A stretch of 64,000 nt of DNA from sequence record MW822011; one strand, 5' to 3'. This stretch comes from Shigella phage TB004. Shown in pieces: positions 49,797-59,564 of the stretch; position 1 is the first letter of the stretch, and the number at the start of each line of letters is the position of its first letter. The position numbers were made by a program, and so were the translations under genes. Below the pieces are notes generated by a model. That model saw only the letters and a program-made list of their open reading frames with translations. It was not told where the DNA came from and searched no databases.

Positions 49797-52493
49797 ATGA
49801 AAGAATTTTATATCTCTATCGAAACAGTCGGAAATAACATTGTTGAACGTTATATTGATGAAAATGGAAAGGAACGTACTCGTGAAGTAGAATATCTTCC
49901 GACTATGTTTAGACACTGTAAGGAAGAATCAAAATACAAAGACATTTACGGTAAAAACTGTGCTCCTCAAAAATTTCCATCAATGAAAGATGCACGAGAT
50001 TGGATGAAACGAATGGAAGACATCGGTCTCGAAGCTCTCGGTATGAACGATTTTAAACTCGCTTATATCAGTGATACATATGGTTCAGAAATTGTTTATG
50101 ACCGAAAATTTGTTCGTGTAGCTAACTGTGACATTGAGGTTACTGGCGATAAATTTCCTGACCCAATGAAAGCAGAATATGAAATTGATGCTATCACTCA
50201 TTATGATTCAATTGACGACCGTTTTTACGTCTTTGATTTGTTGAATTCAATGTACGGTTCAGTATCAAAATGGGATGCAAAGTTAGCTGCTAAGCTTGAC
50301 TGTGAAGGTGGTGATGAAGTTCCTCAAGAAATTCTTGACCGAGTAATTTATATGCCATTCGATAATGAGCGTGATATGCTCATGGAATATATTAATCTCT
50401 GGGAACAGAAACGACCGGCTATTTTTACCGGTTGGAATATTGAGGGATTTGACGTTCCGTATATCATGAATCGTGTTAAAATGGTTCTGGGCGAACGCAG
50501 TATGAAACGCTTCTCCCCAATCGGTCGAGTAAAATCTAAATTAATTCAAAATATGTACGGTAGCAAAGAAATTTATTCTATTGATGGCGTATCTATTCTT
50601 GATTATTTAGATTTGTATAAGAAATTCGCATTTACTAATTTGCCGTCATTTTCTTTGGAATCAGTTGCTCAGCACGAAACCAAAAAAGGTAAATTGCCGT
50701 ACGATGGTCCTATTAATAAACTTCGTGAGACTAATCATCAACGATACATTAGTTATAACATCATTGACGTAGAATCAGTTCAAGCAATTGATAAAATTCG
50801 TGGGTTTATCGATCTAGTTTTAAGTATGTCTTATTATGCTAAAATGCCTTTTTCTGGTGTAATGAGTCCTATTAAAACTTGGGATGCTATTATTTTTAAC
50901 TCACTGAAAGGTGAACACAAGGTTATTCCTCAACAAGGTTCGCACGTTAAACAAAGTTTTCCAGGTGCATTTGTATTTGAACCTAAAGCGATTGCTCGTC
51001 GATACATTATGAGTTTTGACTTGACGTCTCTGTATCCTAGCATTATTCGTCAGGTTAACATTAGTCCTGAGACTATTCGCGGGCAGTTTAAAGTTCATCC
51101 AATTCATGAATATATCGCAGGAACAGCTCCTAAGCCAAGTGATGAATATTCTTGCTCTCCGAATGGATGGATGTATGATAAGCACCAAGAAGGTATCATT
51201 CCAAAGGAAATCGCTAAAGTATTTTTCCAGCGTAAAGATTGGAAAAAGAAAATGTTCGCTGAAGAAATGAATGCCGAAGCTATTAAAAAGATTATTATGA
51301 AAGGTGCAGGGTCTTGTTCAACTAAACCAGAAGTTGAACGATATGTTAAGTTCAATGATGATTTCTTAAATGAACTATCAAATTACACTGAATCTGTTCT
51401 TAATAGTCTGATCGAAGAATGTGAAAAAGCAGCTACACTTGCTAACACAAATCAGCTGAACCGTAAAATTCTTATTAACAGTCTTTATGGTGCTCTTGGT
51501 AACATTCATTTCCGTTACTATGATTTGCGAAATGCTACTGCTATCACAATTTTTGGTCAAGTTGGTATTCAGTGGATTGCTCGTAAAATTAATGAATATC
51601 TGAATAAAGTATGTGGAACTGATGGTGAAGATTTCATCGCAGCAGGTGATACTGATTCGGTATATGTTTGTGTAGATAAAGTAATTGAAAAAGTAGGTCT
51701 TGACCGCTTTAAAGAACAAAATGATTTAGTTGAATTCATGAATCAGTTTGGTAAGAAAAAGATGGAACCTATGATTGATGTTGCATATCGTGAGTTATGT
51801 GATTATATGAATAACCGCGAGCATCTAATGCATATGGACCGTGAAGCTATTTCTTGTCCTCCACTTGGTTCAAAGGGCGTTGGTGGATTTTGGAAAGCGA
51901 AAAAACGCTATGCTCTGAACGTTTATGATATGGAAGATAAGCGATTTGCTGAACCACATCTAAAAATCATGGGTATGGAAACTCAACAGAGTTCAACACC
52001 AAAAGCAGTACAAGAAGCTCTCGAAGAAAGTATTCGTCGCATTCTTCAGGAAGGCGAAGAGTCTGTCCAAGAATACTATAAGAACTTTGAGAAAGAATAT
52101 CGTCAACTTGACTATAAAGTTATTGCTGAAGTAAAAACCGCGAACGATATAGCGAAATATGATGATAAAGGTTGGCCAGGATTTAAATGTCCGTTCCATA
52201 TTCGTGGTGTGCTAACTTATCGTCGAGCTGTTAGCGGTTTAGGTGTAGCTCCAATTTTGGATGGAAATAAGGTAATGGTTCTTCCATTACGTGAAGGAAA
52301 TCCATTTGGTGACAAGTGCATTGCTTGGCCATCAGGCACAGAACTTCCAAAAGAAATTCGTTCTGACGTACTATCTTGGATTGACTACTCAACTTTGTTC
52401 CAAAAATCGTTTGTTAAACCGCTTGCGGGCATGTGTGAATCAGCAGGTATGGACTATGAGGAAAAAGCTTCGTTAGACTTCCTGTTTGGCTGA
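49797..52493 (+). CDS. 43: DNA polymerase gp43 (family B)
   Basis: 898 aa; exonuclease and polymerase motifs including AAGDTDSVYV. Confidence 0.95.
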   Translation: MKEFYISIETVGNNIVERYIDENGKERTREVEYLPTMFRHCKEESKYKDIYGKNCAPQKFPSMKDARDWMKRMEDIGLEALGMNDFKLAYISDTYGSEIVYDRKFVRVANCDIEVTGDKFPDPMKAEYEIDAITHYDSIDDRFYVFDLLNSMYGSVSKWDAKLAAKLDCEGGDEVPQEILDRVIYMPFDNERDMLMEYINLWEQKRPAIFTGWNIEGFDVPYIMNRVKMVLGERSMKRFSPIGRVKSKLIQNMYGSKEIYSIDGVSILDYLDLYKKFAFTNLPSFSLESVAQHETKKGKLPYDGPINKLRETNHQRYISYNIIDVESVQAIDKIRGFIDLVLSMSYYAKMPFSGVMSPIKTWDAIIFNSLKGEHKVIPQQGSHVKQSFPGAFVFEPKAIARRYIMSFDLTSLYPSIIRQVNISPETIRGQFKVHPIHEYIAGTAPKPSDEYSCSPNGWMYDKHQEGIIPKEIAKVFFQRKDWKKKMFAEEMNAEAIKKIIMKGAGSCSTKPEVERYVKFNDDFLNELSNYTESVLNSLIEECEKAATLANTNQLNRKILINSLYGALGNIHFRYYDLRNATAITIFGQVGIQWIARKINEYLNKVCGTDGEDFIAAGDTDSVYVCVDKVIEKVGLDRFKEQNDLVEFMNQFGKKKMEPMIDVAYRELCDYMNNREHLMHMDREAISCPPLGSKGVGGFWKAKKRYALNVYDMEDKRFAEPHLKIMGMETQQSSTPKAVQEALEESIRRILQEGEESVQEYYKNFEKEYRQLDYKVIAEVKTANDIAKYDDKGWPGFKCPFHIRGVLTYRRAVSGLGVAPILDGNKVMVLPLREGNPFGDKCIAWPSGTELPKEIRSDVLSWIDYSTLFQKSFVKPLAGMCESAGMDYEEKASLDFLFG

Positions 52494-52506
52494 TAGAATA
52501 AATCTA

Positions 52507-52527
52507 GGGACCTCCGGGTCCCTTTTT
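52507..52527 (+). terminator. rho-independent terminator after gene 43
   Basis: GGGACC-TCCG-GGTCCC hairpin plus T5. Confidence 0.65.
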
Positions 52528-52595
52528 CATACAAGTAATATAAATCTATACTTAGGAAAAATAGATGATTCTGGACCTCTGGAATTCATTAAAAA

Positions 52596-52650
52596 TTTTT
52601 TCACAAAACTGTTTACATCTCTGTTCTTCCGTGGTACTATACAACTATCA
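52596..52650 (+). promoter_or_regulatory. early promoter with conserved leader
   Basis: TTTTCACAAAACTGTTTAC...GGTACTATACAACTATCAACT, same leader motif as at 24150 and 26280. Confidence 0.5.
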
Positions 52651-52674
52651 ACTGATACGGATTTGGAGAATGAA

Positions 52675-53055
52675 ATGAAAATCGCTATTTTGGTTATTGC
52701 ATTGGGTCTTACTGGTTGTGTAGCTCAAGGACCAGTAGTAAATCAATCTGATGTAGGAAAAATTGTAAACTGTTCAAGCAAATTTTATAATCCTAACGTC
52801 AAGTGTTATAAAGAAGCTCCAAAACAGACAGTAGAACAGATGCAGGCAAATTTTGACGAAGCGATTCGTCCAGATGAATCTGCTCAAGCATATCGTAATT
52901 CAGATGTAATTACACGCGAAGAAAAAATTGAAAACTACTGCGCTGAGCTTTGGGCTAATTGGGCTAATAATTACCAATGGCGTACTGGTAAAAATGCTCC
53001 GATGGAGTATGTAGTGAATTCTTATAATTCATGTGTAAAAAATTTGACTAAGTGA
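52675..53055 (+). CDS. lipoprotein
   Basis: 126 aa from ATG 52675; signal peptide with lipobox LTGC. Confidence 0.55.
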   Translation: MKIAILVIALGLTGCVAQGPVVNQSDVGKIVNCSSKFYNPNVKCYKEAPKQTVEQMQANFDEAIRPDESAQAYRNSDVITREEKIENYCAELWANWANNYQWRTGKNAPMEYVVNSYNSCVKNLTK

Positions 53056-53062
53056 GGAAAAC

Positions 53063-53314
53063 ATGGAAACTTTAGTAGCAGGTTCAATTTTTATGGTTTT
53101 AGTTTCAGGTGTGTTGGCTATTATTATATACATGCTTCCGTGGTTCATCGCCTTGATGCGTGGGTCAAAATCGACAGTAGGAATCTTTTTCACATCTTTA
53201 CTGTTTAACTGGTCAATCATTGGTTGGTTTATTACTTTTATTTGGTCAATTGCAGGTGAAACTAAAAAATCTGTACAGCAAAATCAAGTAATTATCATCA
53301 GAGAGAAGGAATGA
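53063..53314 (+). CDS. imm: immunity to superinfection membrane protein Imm
   Basis: 83 aa, two TM helices; size and position match T4 imm. Confidence 0.75.
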   Translation: METLVAGSIFMVLVSGVLAIIIYMLPWFIALMRGSKSTVGIFFTSLLFNWSIIGWFITFIWSIAGETKKSVQQNQVIIIREKE

Positions 53315-53460
53315 AAAGCAAAATTTTAGCAGTATTGCTTTTAATCTTGATGATTATAATAAGTATATACTATAGCGTAGCAGTTCCTTGTATGATTCCA
53401 ACCCTTATTATAGGGTGGAGTTTATTACTGTTACAAGTTAAATATGAATGCATCAATTGA
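53311..53460 (+). CDS. small membrane protein
   Basis: 49 aa hydrophobic, ATGA overlap with imm stop. Confidence 0.35.
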   Translation: MKSKILAVLLLILMIIISIYYSVAVPCMIPTLIIGWSLLLLQVKYECIN

Positions 53461-53467
53461 GGTTTAA

Positions 53468-54208
53468 ATGATTAACGATTATATGACAGTTGAAGAAATC
53501 CGTCTTGATTTGGGTCTTGCATTAAAGGAAAAAGATTTCGTAATTGATAAAACCGGGGTTAAAACTATTGAAATTATTGGTGCATCATTTGTAGCAGATG
53601 AACCTTTTATTTTTGGCGCTCTTAATGATGAATACATTCAGCGTGAACTTGAATGGTATAAGTCTCAAAGTTTGTTTGTTAAAGATATTCCAGGTGAAAC
53701 ACCAAAGATTTGGCAGCAGGTAGCATCTTCTAAAGGTGAAATTAACTCGAATTATGGTTGGGCCATCTGGTCAGAAGATAACTATGCCCAATATGATATG
53801 TGTTTAGCTGAACTTGGTCAAAATCCTGATTCTCGCCGCGGTATCATGATTTATACTCGTCCATCCATGCAGTTTGACTACAATAAAGATGGTATGTCAG
53901 ATTTCATGTGTACGAATACAGTACAGTATCTGATTCGTGATAAGAAAGTCAATGCAGTGGTTAGCATGAGAAGCAATGATTGCTGGGCAGGCTATCGTAA
54001 TGATTATGCATGGCAAAAATACGTACTAGATAAATTAGTATCTGATTTGAATGCAGGCGACCCATCGCGGCAATATAAAGCAGGTTCTATTATATGGAAC
54101 GTTGGAAGTCTTCATGTGTACGAAAAACAGTTTTATTTAGTTGACCATTGGTGGAACACTGGTGAAACTCATATTGCTAAAAAGGATTATACTGGAAAAT
54201 GGAAGTAA
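53468..54208 (+). CDS. 42: dCMP hydroxymethylase gp42
   Basis: 246 aa thymidylate-synthase-like; matches T4 gp42. Confidence 0.9.
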   Translation: MINDYMTVEEIRLDLGLALKEKDFVIDKTGVKTIEIIGASFVADEPFIFGALNDEYIQRELEWYKSQSLFVKDIPGETPKIWQQVASSKGEINSNYGWAIWSEDNYAQYDMCLAELGQNPDSRRGIMIYTRPSMQFDYNKDGMSDFMCTNTVQYLIRDKKVNAVVSMRSNDCWAGYRNDYAWQKYVLDKLVSDLNAGDPSRQYKAGSIIWNVGSLHVYEKQFYLVDHWWNTGETHIAKKDYTGKWK

Positions 54209-54840
54209 ATGTGCCACATGTTTATAAGTATAAACATCCTAAAACTAAAAAGTGGTATATAGGAAGTCATGATGGTCACAACCCGAATTATGATGGTTCG
54301 GGTGTAGTTTGGCAACATGCTAAAAAGAAATATGGAATAAAATCCTTTAATAAAGAAATATTATATGAAGGACCAATGTTTAGACAGGTTGAAGAAATTA
54401 TTTTAACTTGTTTAGATGCTGCTAATTGTCCGGATTCATATAATTTAAAGAATGAAGCATGGGGAGGAAGTTTTCCAGGCAAATTAAATGGAATGTACGG
54501 TAAAAAACTATCTCCAGAAGAAAGATATAAGTGCGGAAATGCCTTTCGTGGAATCAAGCGTCCTGATCATTCTAAAAGAATGAAAGGCGAAGGTAATCCA
54601 ATGTATGGTAAAAATGAGCAGGCATATGGAATTATAAATCGAGCCAAGGAAAATTCTGGTAAAACTTATGAAGAAATTTTTGGCGTAGAAAAAGCTAAAA
54701 TAATTAAAGAAACGATGTCTAAAAATCGTAAAGGAAAACCTCATAATTTGATAGAAAAAATATGTCCGCATTGCGGACTAAAAGGACGTGGGCCAAATAT
54801 GACAAGATACCATTTTGACAAATGTAAGGCACTTAAATGA
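54199..54840 (+). mobile_element. GIY-YIG (Seg-like) homing endonuclease gene between 42 and glucosyltransferase
   Basis: N-terminal HVYKYKH...KKWYIGSHDG GIY-YIG-like motif; repeated NGMYGK/NPMYGK modules; zinc finger CPHC. Confidence 0.6.
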
Positions 54841-55679
54841 TTCAATTCGTAATTCCAAGCTATCAACGCGTAGGGGCAGTTTCTGCCCTTAATATGTTTC
54901 CGACTGATTATGAACCTCATATTGTAGTACGTGAACATGAAGAAAAAGCTTATTATGACGCTTACGGGTCTAGAGCTAAAATTATAACTATTCCTGATGA
55001 TGTCAATGGAATTGCCGGTACTCGTAAAGCAATTACTGATATGTATGCAGGTCAACGAATCTGGATGATTGATGATGATACTACTATTCGTATGAGTTCA
55101 ATACGAAAGAGAGACGATAAACGGCGTGTAGATAAAGTCAATCAATTGACTCGTGAGCAATTCTATGAATTAATTCAATACGTTGAGGATGCAATGGATT
55201 GCGGGTATTATCATGGTCATGCTCGTCTACCAATTTTTAAAATTACTTCATCTTGGGGTAATTATCGTGAAAACTCATATGGATTCACGAATACATGGTA
55301 TGACCTCGGAAAACTTACGACAGAACAAATTGGGTATGGAAAAATTGATTTATGCGAAGATATGTATGCATTTCTCAATTTAATTAATCAAGGTTATCCG
55401 CATTTGGCCTTGTTCAAATATCTAGTTGTATCTGGAAAATCACACGCTCCCGGTGGGTGTAGTTCAATTCGTAGTAATTCTAAACATAATAGAGCGCTTG
55501 AGCAAATCAATAGAGAGTTTCCAGAGCAAGCTCGTTGGAAAACATCGAATATTGAAAAACGAAAATCGTTGGGTGAAGAAGACGAGCCATTAAAAGTTCT
55601 TCGCATGTGTGTTTCGCGTAAAGAAAAATCAGAAGCGTTTCATAAGTTTAATGCTATTCATCCAATAGCAGTTGATTAA
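54837..55679 (+). CDS. GT-A type glycosyltransferase (candidate beta-alpha-glucosyltransferase of T2/T6 type)
   Basis: 280 aa with DxD motif (MIDDDTT); in beta-gt position but shorter and unlike recalled T4 beta-gt. Confidence 0.5.
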   Translation: MIQFVIPSYQRVGAVSALNMFPTDYEPHIVVREHEEKAYYDAYGSRAKIITIPDDVNGIAGTRKAITDMYAGQRIWMIDDDTTIRMSSIRKRDDKRRVDKVNQLTREQFYELIQYVEDAMDCGYYHGHARLPIFKITSSWGNYRENSYGFTNTWYDLGKLTTEQIGYGKIDLCEDMYAFLNLINQGYPHLALFKYLVVSGKSHAPGGCSSIRSNSKHNRALEQINREFPEQARWKTSNIEKRKSLGEEDEPLKVLRMCVSRKEKSEAFHKFNAIHPIAVD

Positions 55680-55756
55680 TGCCTAAATTTATTGTGTTAT
55701 AATTACTCTATCTTTAACCAGTGAGGAAAATATAATGATGCCTATGGAAAAAATGA

Positions 55757-56938
55757 ATGTCTATTGCAGATTTAAAATCCCGTTTGATTAAAGCTTCCAC
55801 TTCTAAAATGACTGCTGAACTGACTACATCTAAATTCTTTAATGAAAAGGATGTAATCCGTACAAAAATCCCAATGCTTAATATTGCTATTTCAGGTGCG
55901 ATTGATGGTGGTATGCAGTCTGGTTTAACCATTTTTGCAGGTCCTTCTAAACACTTTAAATCAAATATGTCTTTGACTATGGTTGCGGCGTATTTGAACA
56001 AATATCCTGACGCGGTATGTCTATTCTATGATAGCGAATTTGGTATTACTCCAGCTTATTTGCGATCCATGGGAGTTGACCCGGAACGAGTAATTCATAC
56101 ACCAATCCAGTCAGTTGAACAGCTGAAAATTGATATGGTGAATCAGCTTGAAGCTATTGAGCGTGGTGAAAAAGTTATTGTATTCATCGACTCAATTGGT
56201 AATATGGCTTCTAAGAAAGAAACGGAAGATGCCTTGAATGAAAAATCTGTGGCAGATATGACTCGTGCTAAATCACTGAAGTCATTATTCCGTATTGTTA
56301 CTCCTTATTTTAGTATTAAAAACATTCCATGCGTTGCGGTTAACCATACAATTGAAACAATTGAAATGTTTAGTAAAACCGTGATGACAGGTGGTACAGG
56401 CGTAATGTATTCGGCTGATACTGTATTCATTATCGGTAAGCGCCAGATTAAAGATGGTTCTGATCTTCAGGGGTATCAATTTGTTCTAAATGTAGAAAAA
56501 TCTCGTACCGTCAAAGAAAAAAGTAAATTCTTTATTGATGTTAAATTTGACGGTGGTATCGATCCTTATTCTGGATTGTTAGATATGGCTCTTGAATTAG
56601 GATTTGTGGTAAAACCTAAAAATGGCTGGTATGCTCGTGAATTTCTTGACGAAGAAACCGGTGAGATGATTCGCGAAGAAAAATCTTGGCGTGCAAAAGA
56701 TACCAACTGCACTACATTCTGGGGTCCTTTATTTAAGCATCAGCCATTCCGAGATGCTATTAAACGTGCTTATCAGTTAGGTGCTATTGATAGTAATGAA
56801 ATTGTTGAAGCTGAAGTTGATGAATTGATTAACTCAAAGGTTGAAAAATTTAAATCTCCAGAAAGTAAAAGTAAATCAGCAGCTGATTTAGAAACTGACC
56901 TAGATCAGTTAAGTGATATGGAAGAATTTAATGAATAA
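55757..56938 (+). CDS. uvsX: RecA-like recombinase UvsX
   Basis: 393 aa, Walker A GPSKHFKS; near-identical to recalled T4 UvsX. Confidence 0.92.
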   Translation: MSIADLKSRLIKASTSKMTAELTTSKFFNEKDVIRTKIPMLNIAISGAIDGGMQSGLTIFAGPSKHFKSNMSLTMVAAYLNKYPDAVCLFYDSEFGITPAYLRSMGVDPERVIHTPIQSVEQLKIDMVNQLEAIERGEKVIVFIDSIGNMASKKETEDALNEKSVADMTRAKSLKSLFRIVTPYFSIKNIPCVAVNHTIETIEMFSKTVMTGGTGVMYSADTVFIIGKRQIKDGSDLQGYQFVLNVEKSRTVKEKSKFFIDVKFDGGIDPYSGLLDMALELGFVVKPKNGWYAREFLDEETGEMIREEKSWRAKDTNCTTFWGPLFKHQPFRDAIKRAYQLGAIDSNEIVEAEVDELINSKVEKFKSPESKSKSAADLETDLDQLSDMEEFNE

Positions 56939-57275
56939 AGATGATTTAGATTTAGATCTAGAAATTATCGATGAATCCCCCTCTTCGGAGGGGGAAGAAG
57001 AAAGAAAAGAACGTCTTTTTAATGAATCTCTTAAGATAATTAAATCTGCTATGGAAAATGTTATCCAGGAGATTGTCATTAAACTAGAAGACGGTTCTAC
57101 ACACATTGTGTATGTGACAAAATTAGATTGGGTTGATGGAAAAGTCGTAATGGACTTTGCTGTTCTTGACCAAGAAAGAAAAGCTGAGTTAGCTCCTCAT
57201 GTAGAAAAATGTATTACAATGCAACTACAAGATGCATTTAATAAAAGGTCAAAGAAAAAATTTAAATTCTTTTAA
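56931..57275 (+). CDS. 40: head vertex assembly chaperone gp40
   Basis: 114 aa from ATG 56931; position between uvsX and 41. Confidence 0.7.
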   Translation: MNKDDLDLDLEIIDESPSSEGEEERKERLFNESLKIIKSAMENVIQEIVIKLEDGSTHIVYVTKLDWVDGKVVMDFAVLDQERKAELAPHVEKCITMQLQDAFNKRSKKKFKFF

Positions 57276-57284
57276 GGAGTAAGT

Positions 57285-58712
57285 GTGGTAGAAATTATTC
57301 TTTCTCATCTCATATTTGATCAAGCTTATTTTTCAAAAGTTTGGCCATATATGGATTCAGAATATTTTGAAAGTGGTCCAGCTAAAAATACATTCAAATT
57401 AATTAAATCTCATGTCAATGAGTACCATAGCGTTCCATCTATTAATGCGTTAAATGTTGCATTAGAAAATAGTTCATTTACTGAAACAGAATATTCTGGT
57501 GTAAAAACACTTATTTCGAAACTAGCCGATTCTCCAGAAGACCACAGCTGGTTAGTAAAAGAAACAGAAAAATATGTTCAGCAAAGGGCGATGTTTAACG
57601 CCACATCTAAAATAATTGAAATTCAAACTAATGCTGAGCTTCCTCCGGAAAAACGAAATAAGAAAATGCCAGATGTAGGTGCTATTCCTGACATCATGCG
57701 CCAAGCATTATCAATTTCATTTGATAGTTACGTTGGTCATGATTGGATGGATGACTACGAAGCACGTTGGCTATCTTATATGAATAAAGCTCGTAAGGTT
57801 CCATTTAAACTCAAAATTCTAAATAAAATTACTAAAGGCGGAGCTGAAACTGGAACACTGAACGTTTTAATGGCTGGTGTTAACGTCGGTAAGTCATTAG
57901 GATTGTGTTCATTAGCAGCAGATTATTTGCAGCTCGGACATAATGTTCTTTACATTTCCATGGAAATGGCAGAAGAAGTTTGTGCTAAGCGTATTGACGC
58001 TAATATGCTTGATGTTTCTCTTGATGACATTGATGATGGGCATATTTCTTACGCTGAGTATAAAGGAAAAATGGAAAAATGGCGTGAGAAATCTACTCTC
58101 GGTCGTTTAATCGTTAAGCAGTATCCTACTGGTGGAGCAGACGCTAATACATTTCGATCGCTTTTAAACGAATTGAAGCTCAAGAAGAATTTTGTTCCAA
58201 CAATCATTATTGTCGACTATCTAGGTATTTGTAAATCTTGCCGCATTAGAGTTTATTCAGAAAATAGTTACACGACTGTTAAAGCTATTGCAGAAGAATT
58301 GCGTGCTCTTGCTGTTGAAACCGAAACTGTTCTTTGGACTGCAGCACAGGTTGGTAAGCAAGCTTGGGATTCTTCTGATGTTAACATGAGCGATATTGCA
58401 GAATCTGCCGGTCTTCCAGCAACAGCCGATTTTATGCTTGCGGTCATTGAAACTGAGGAGTTAGCAGCTGCTGAACAACAACTCATTAAGCAAATCAAAT
58501 CACGATATGGTGATAAGAATAAATGGAATAAGTTTTTGATGGGTGTTCAAAAAGGAAATCAAAAATGGGTAGAAATTGAGCAAGATTCTACTCCAACTGA
58601 AGTGAACGAAGTAGCAGGTTCACAGCAGATTCAGGCTGAACAGAATCGCTATCAAAGAAACGAATCCGCTCGAGCTCAGTTAGATGCTTTGGCAAATGAA
58701 TTAAAATTTTAG
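57285..58712 (+). CDS. 41: replicative DNA helicase gp41
   Basis: 475 aa, GTG start, DnaB-like Walker A GVNVGKSLG. Confidence 0.92.
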   Translation: MVEIILSHLIFDQAYFSKVWPYMDSEYFESGPAKNTFKLIKSHVNEYHSVPSINALNVALENSSFTETEYSGVKTLISKLADSPEDHSWLVKETEKYVQQRAMFNATSKIIEIQTNAELPPEKRNKKMPDVGAIPDIMRQALSISFDSYVGHDWMDDYEARWLSYMNKARKVPFKLKILNKITKGGAETGTLNVLMAGVNVGKSLGLCSLAADYLQLGHNVLYISMEMAEEVCAKRIDANMLDVSLDDIDDGHISYAEYKGKMEKWREKSTLGRLIVKQYPTGGADANTFRSLLNELKLKKNFVPTIIIVDYLGICKSCRIRVYSENSYTTVKAIAEELRALAVETETVLWTAAQVGKQAWDSSDVNMSDIAESAGLPATADFMLAVIETEELAAAEQQLIKQIKSRYGDKNKWNKFLMGVQKGNQKWVEIEQDSTPTEVNEVAGSQQIQAEQNRYQRNESARAQLDALANELKF

Positions 58713-58760
58713 TTTACAAGCCGACAAGACTATGGTATAGTAGTCTTGTTGGTTAAATGA
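58713..58760 (+). promoter_or_regulatory. early promoter with inverted repeat flanking -10
   Basis: GTTTACAAGCCGACAAGAC TATGGTATAGTA GTCTTGTTGG. Confidence 0.5.
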
Positions 58761-58770
58761 GGAGATTTTT

Positions 58771-58953
58771 ATGGAATTGGTAAAGGTAGTTTTTATGGGG
58801 TGGTTTAAGAATGAAAGCATGTTTACTAAAGAAATCACAATGATGAAAGATGACGTTCAATGGGCTACTACTCAATATGCTGAAGTTAATAAAGCGCTAG
58901 TTAAAGCTTTCATTGATGACAAGAAAGTATGTGAAGTGGATTGCCGAGGATAA
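58771..58953 (+). CDS. dmd: Dmd-like protein (discriminator of mRNA degradation; antitoxin to RnlA/LsoA)
   Basis: 60 aa, first gene after 41 as recalled for T4 dmd. Confidence 0.6.
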   Translation: MELVKVVFMGWFKNESMFTKEITMMKDDVQWATTQYAEVNKALVKAFIDDKKVCEVDCRG

Positions 58954-58954
58954 T

Positions 58955-59212
58955 ATGCATATCGTTTTATTTAAACCTACTCCGTATAACGTCAGGAAAA
59001 ATACTCAATTCAAAGCACTTATTGCAGATACGTGGGAATTGGTATTAGATATTCCGGCAGAAGAAAGTCCTCCATTTGGTCGAGTGGAATTTATTAAGTT
59101 TGCTGTGCGCCCTACGAAGCGACAGATTCGCCAATGCAAAAGATACTTTCGTAAAATCGCCAAGTTAGAGAAACAGTTTGTAACATGTGATTATGCAGAA
59201 GTTTTAAAATAA
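58955..59212 (+). CDS. hypothetical protein (61.4 position)
   Basis: 85 aa. Confidence 0.45.
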   Translation: MHIVLFKPTPYNVRKNTQFKALIADTWELVLDIPAEESPPFGRVEFIKFAVRPTKRQIRQCKRYFRKIAKLEKQFVTCDYAEVLK

Positions 59213-59270
59213 TTGTTTACTTTTATTGGAAATTGAGATACTATAAACATAAACTACTGAGGAGATTATC

Positions 59271-59564
59271 ATGAAAAAATTTATCTTTGCTGCAATTTTT
59301 GCCTTATCTTCTTGTGCTGCTCAGCCTGCTATGGCGGGTTATGACAAAGATTTGTGTGAATGGTCTATGACTGCAGATCAGACTGAGGTTGAAACTCAAA
59401 TTGAAGCGGATATTATGAATATCGTTGAGCGTGATCGTCCTGAAATGAAAGCTGAGGTACAAAAACAACTTAAGTCTGGCGGTGTAATGCAGTATAATTA
59501 TGTTCTGTATTGCGATAAAAACTTTAATAATAAAAATATCATCGCTGAAGTGGTAGGTGAATAA
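59271..59564 (+). CDS. sp: spackle-like periplasmic lipoprotein
   Basis: 97 aa, signal peptide with LSSC lipobox; size and position as recalled for T4 sp. Confidence 0.6.
   Translation: MKKFIFAAIFALSSCAAQPAMAGYDKDLCEWSMTADQTEVETQIEADIMNIVERDRPEMKAEVQKQLKSGGVMQYNYVLYCDKNFNNKNIIAEVVGE

Noticed and set aside
52486-52674. 5' extension of the lipoprotein ORF (189-aa version)
   Set aside because: The extension covers the terminator and promoter after gene 43; a signal peptide and RBS place the real start at 52675.
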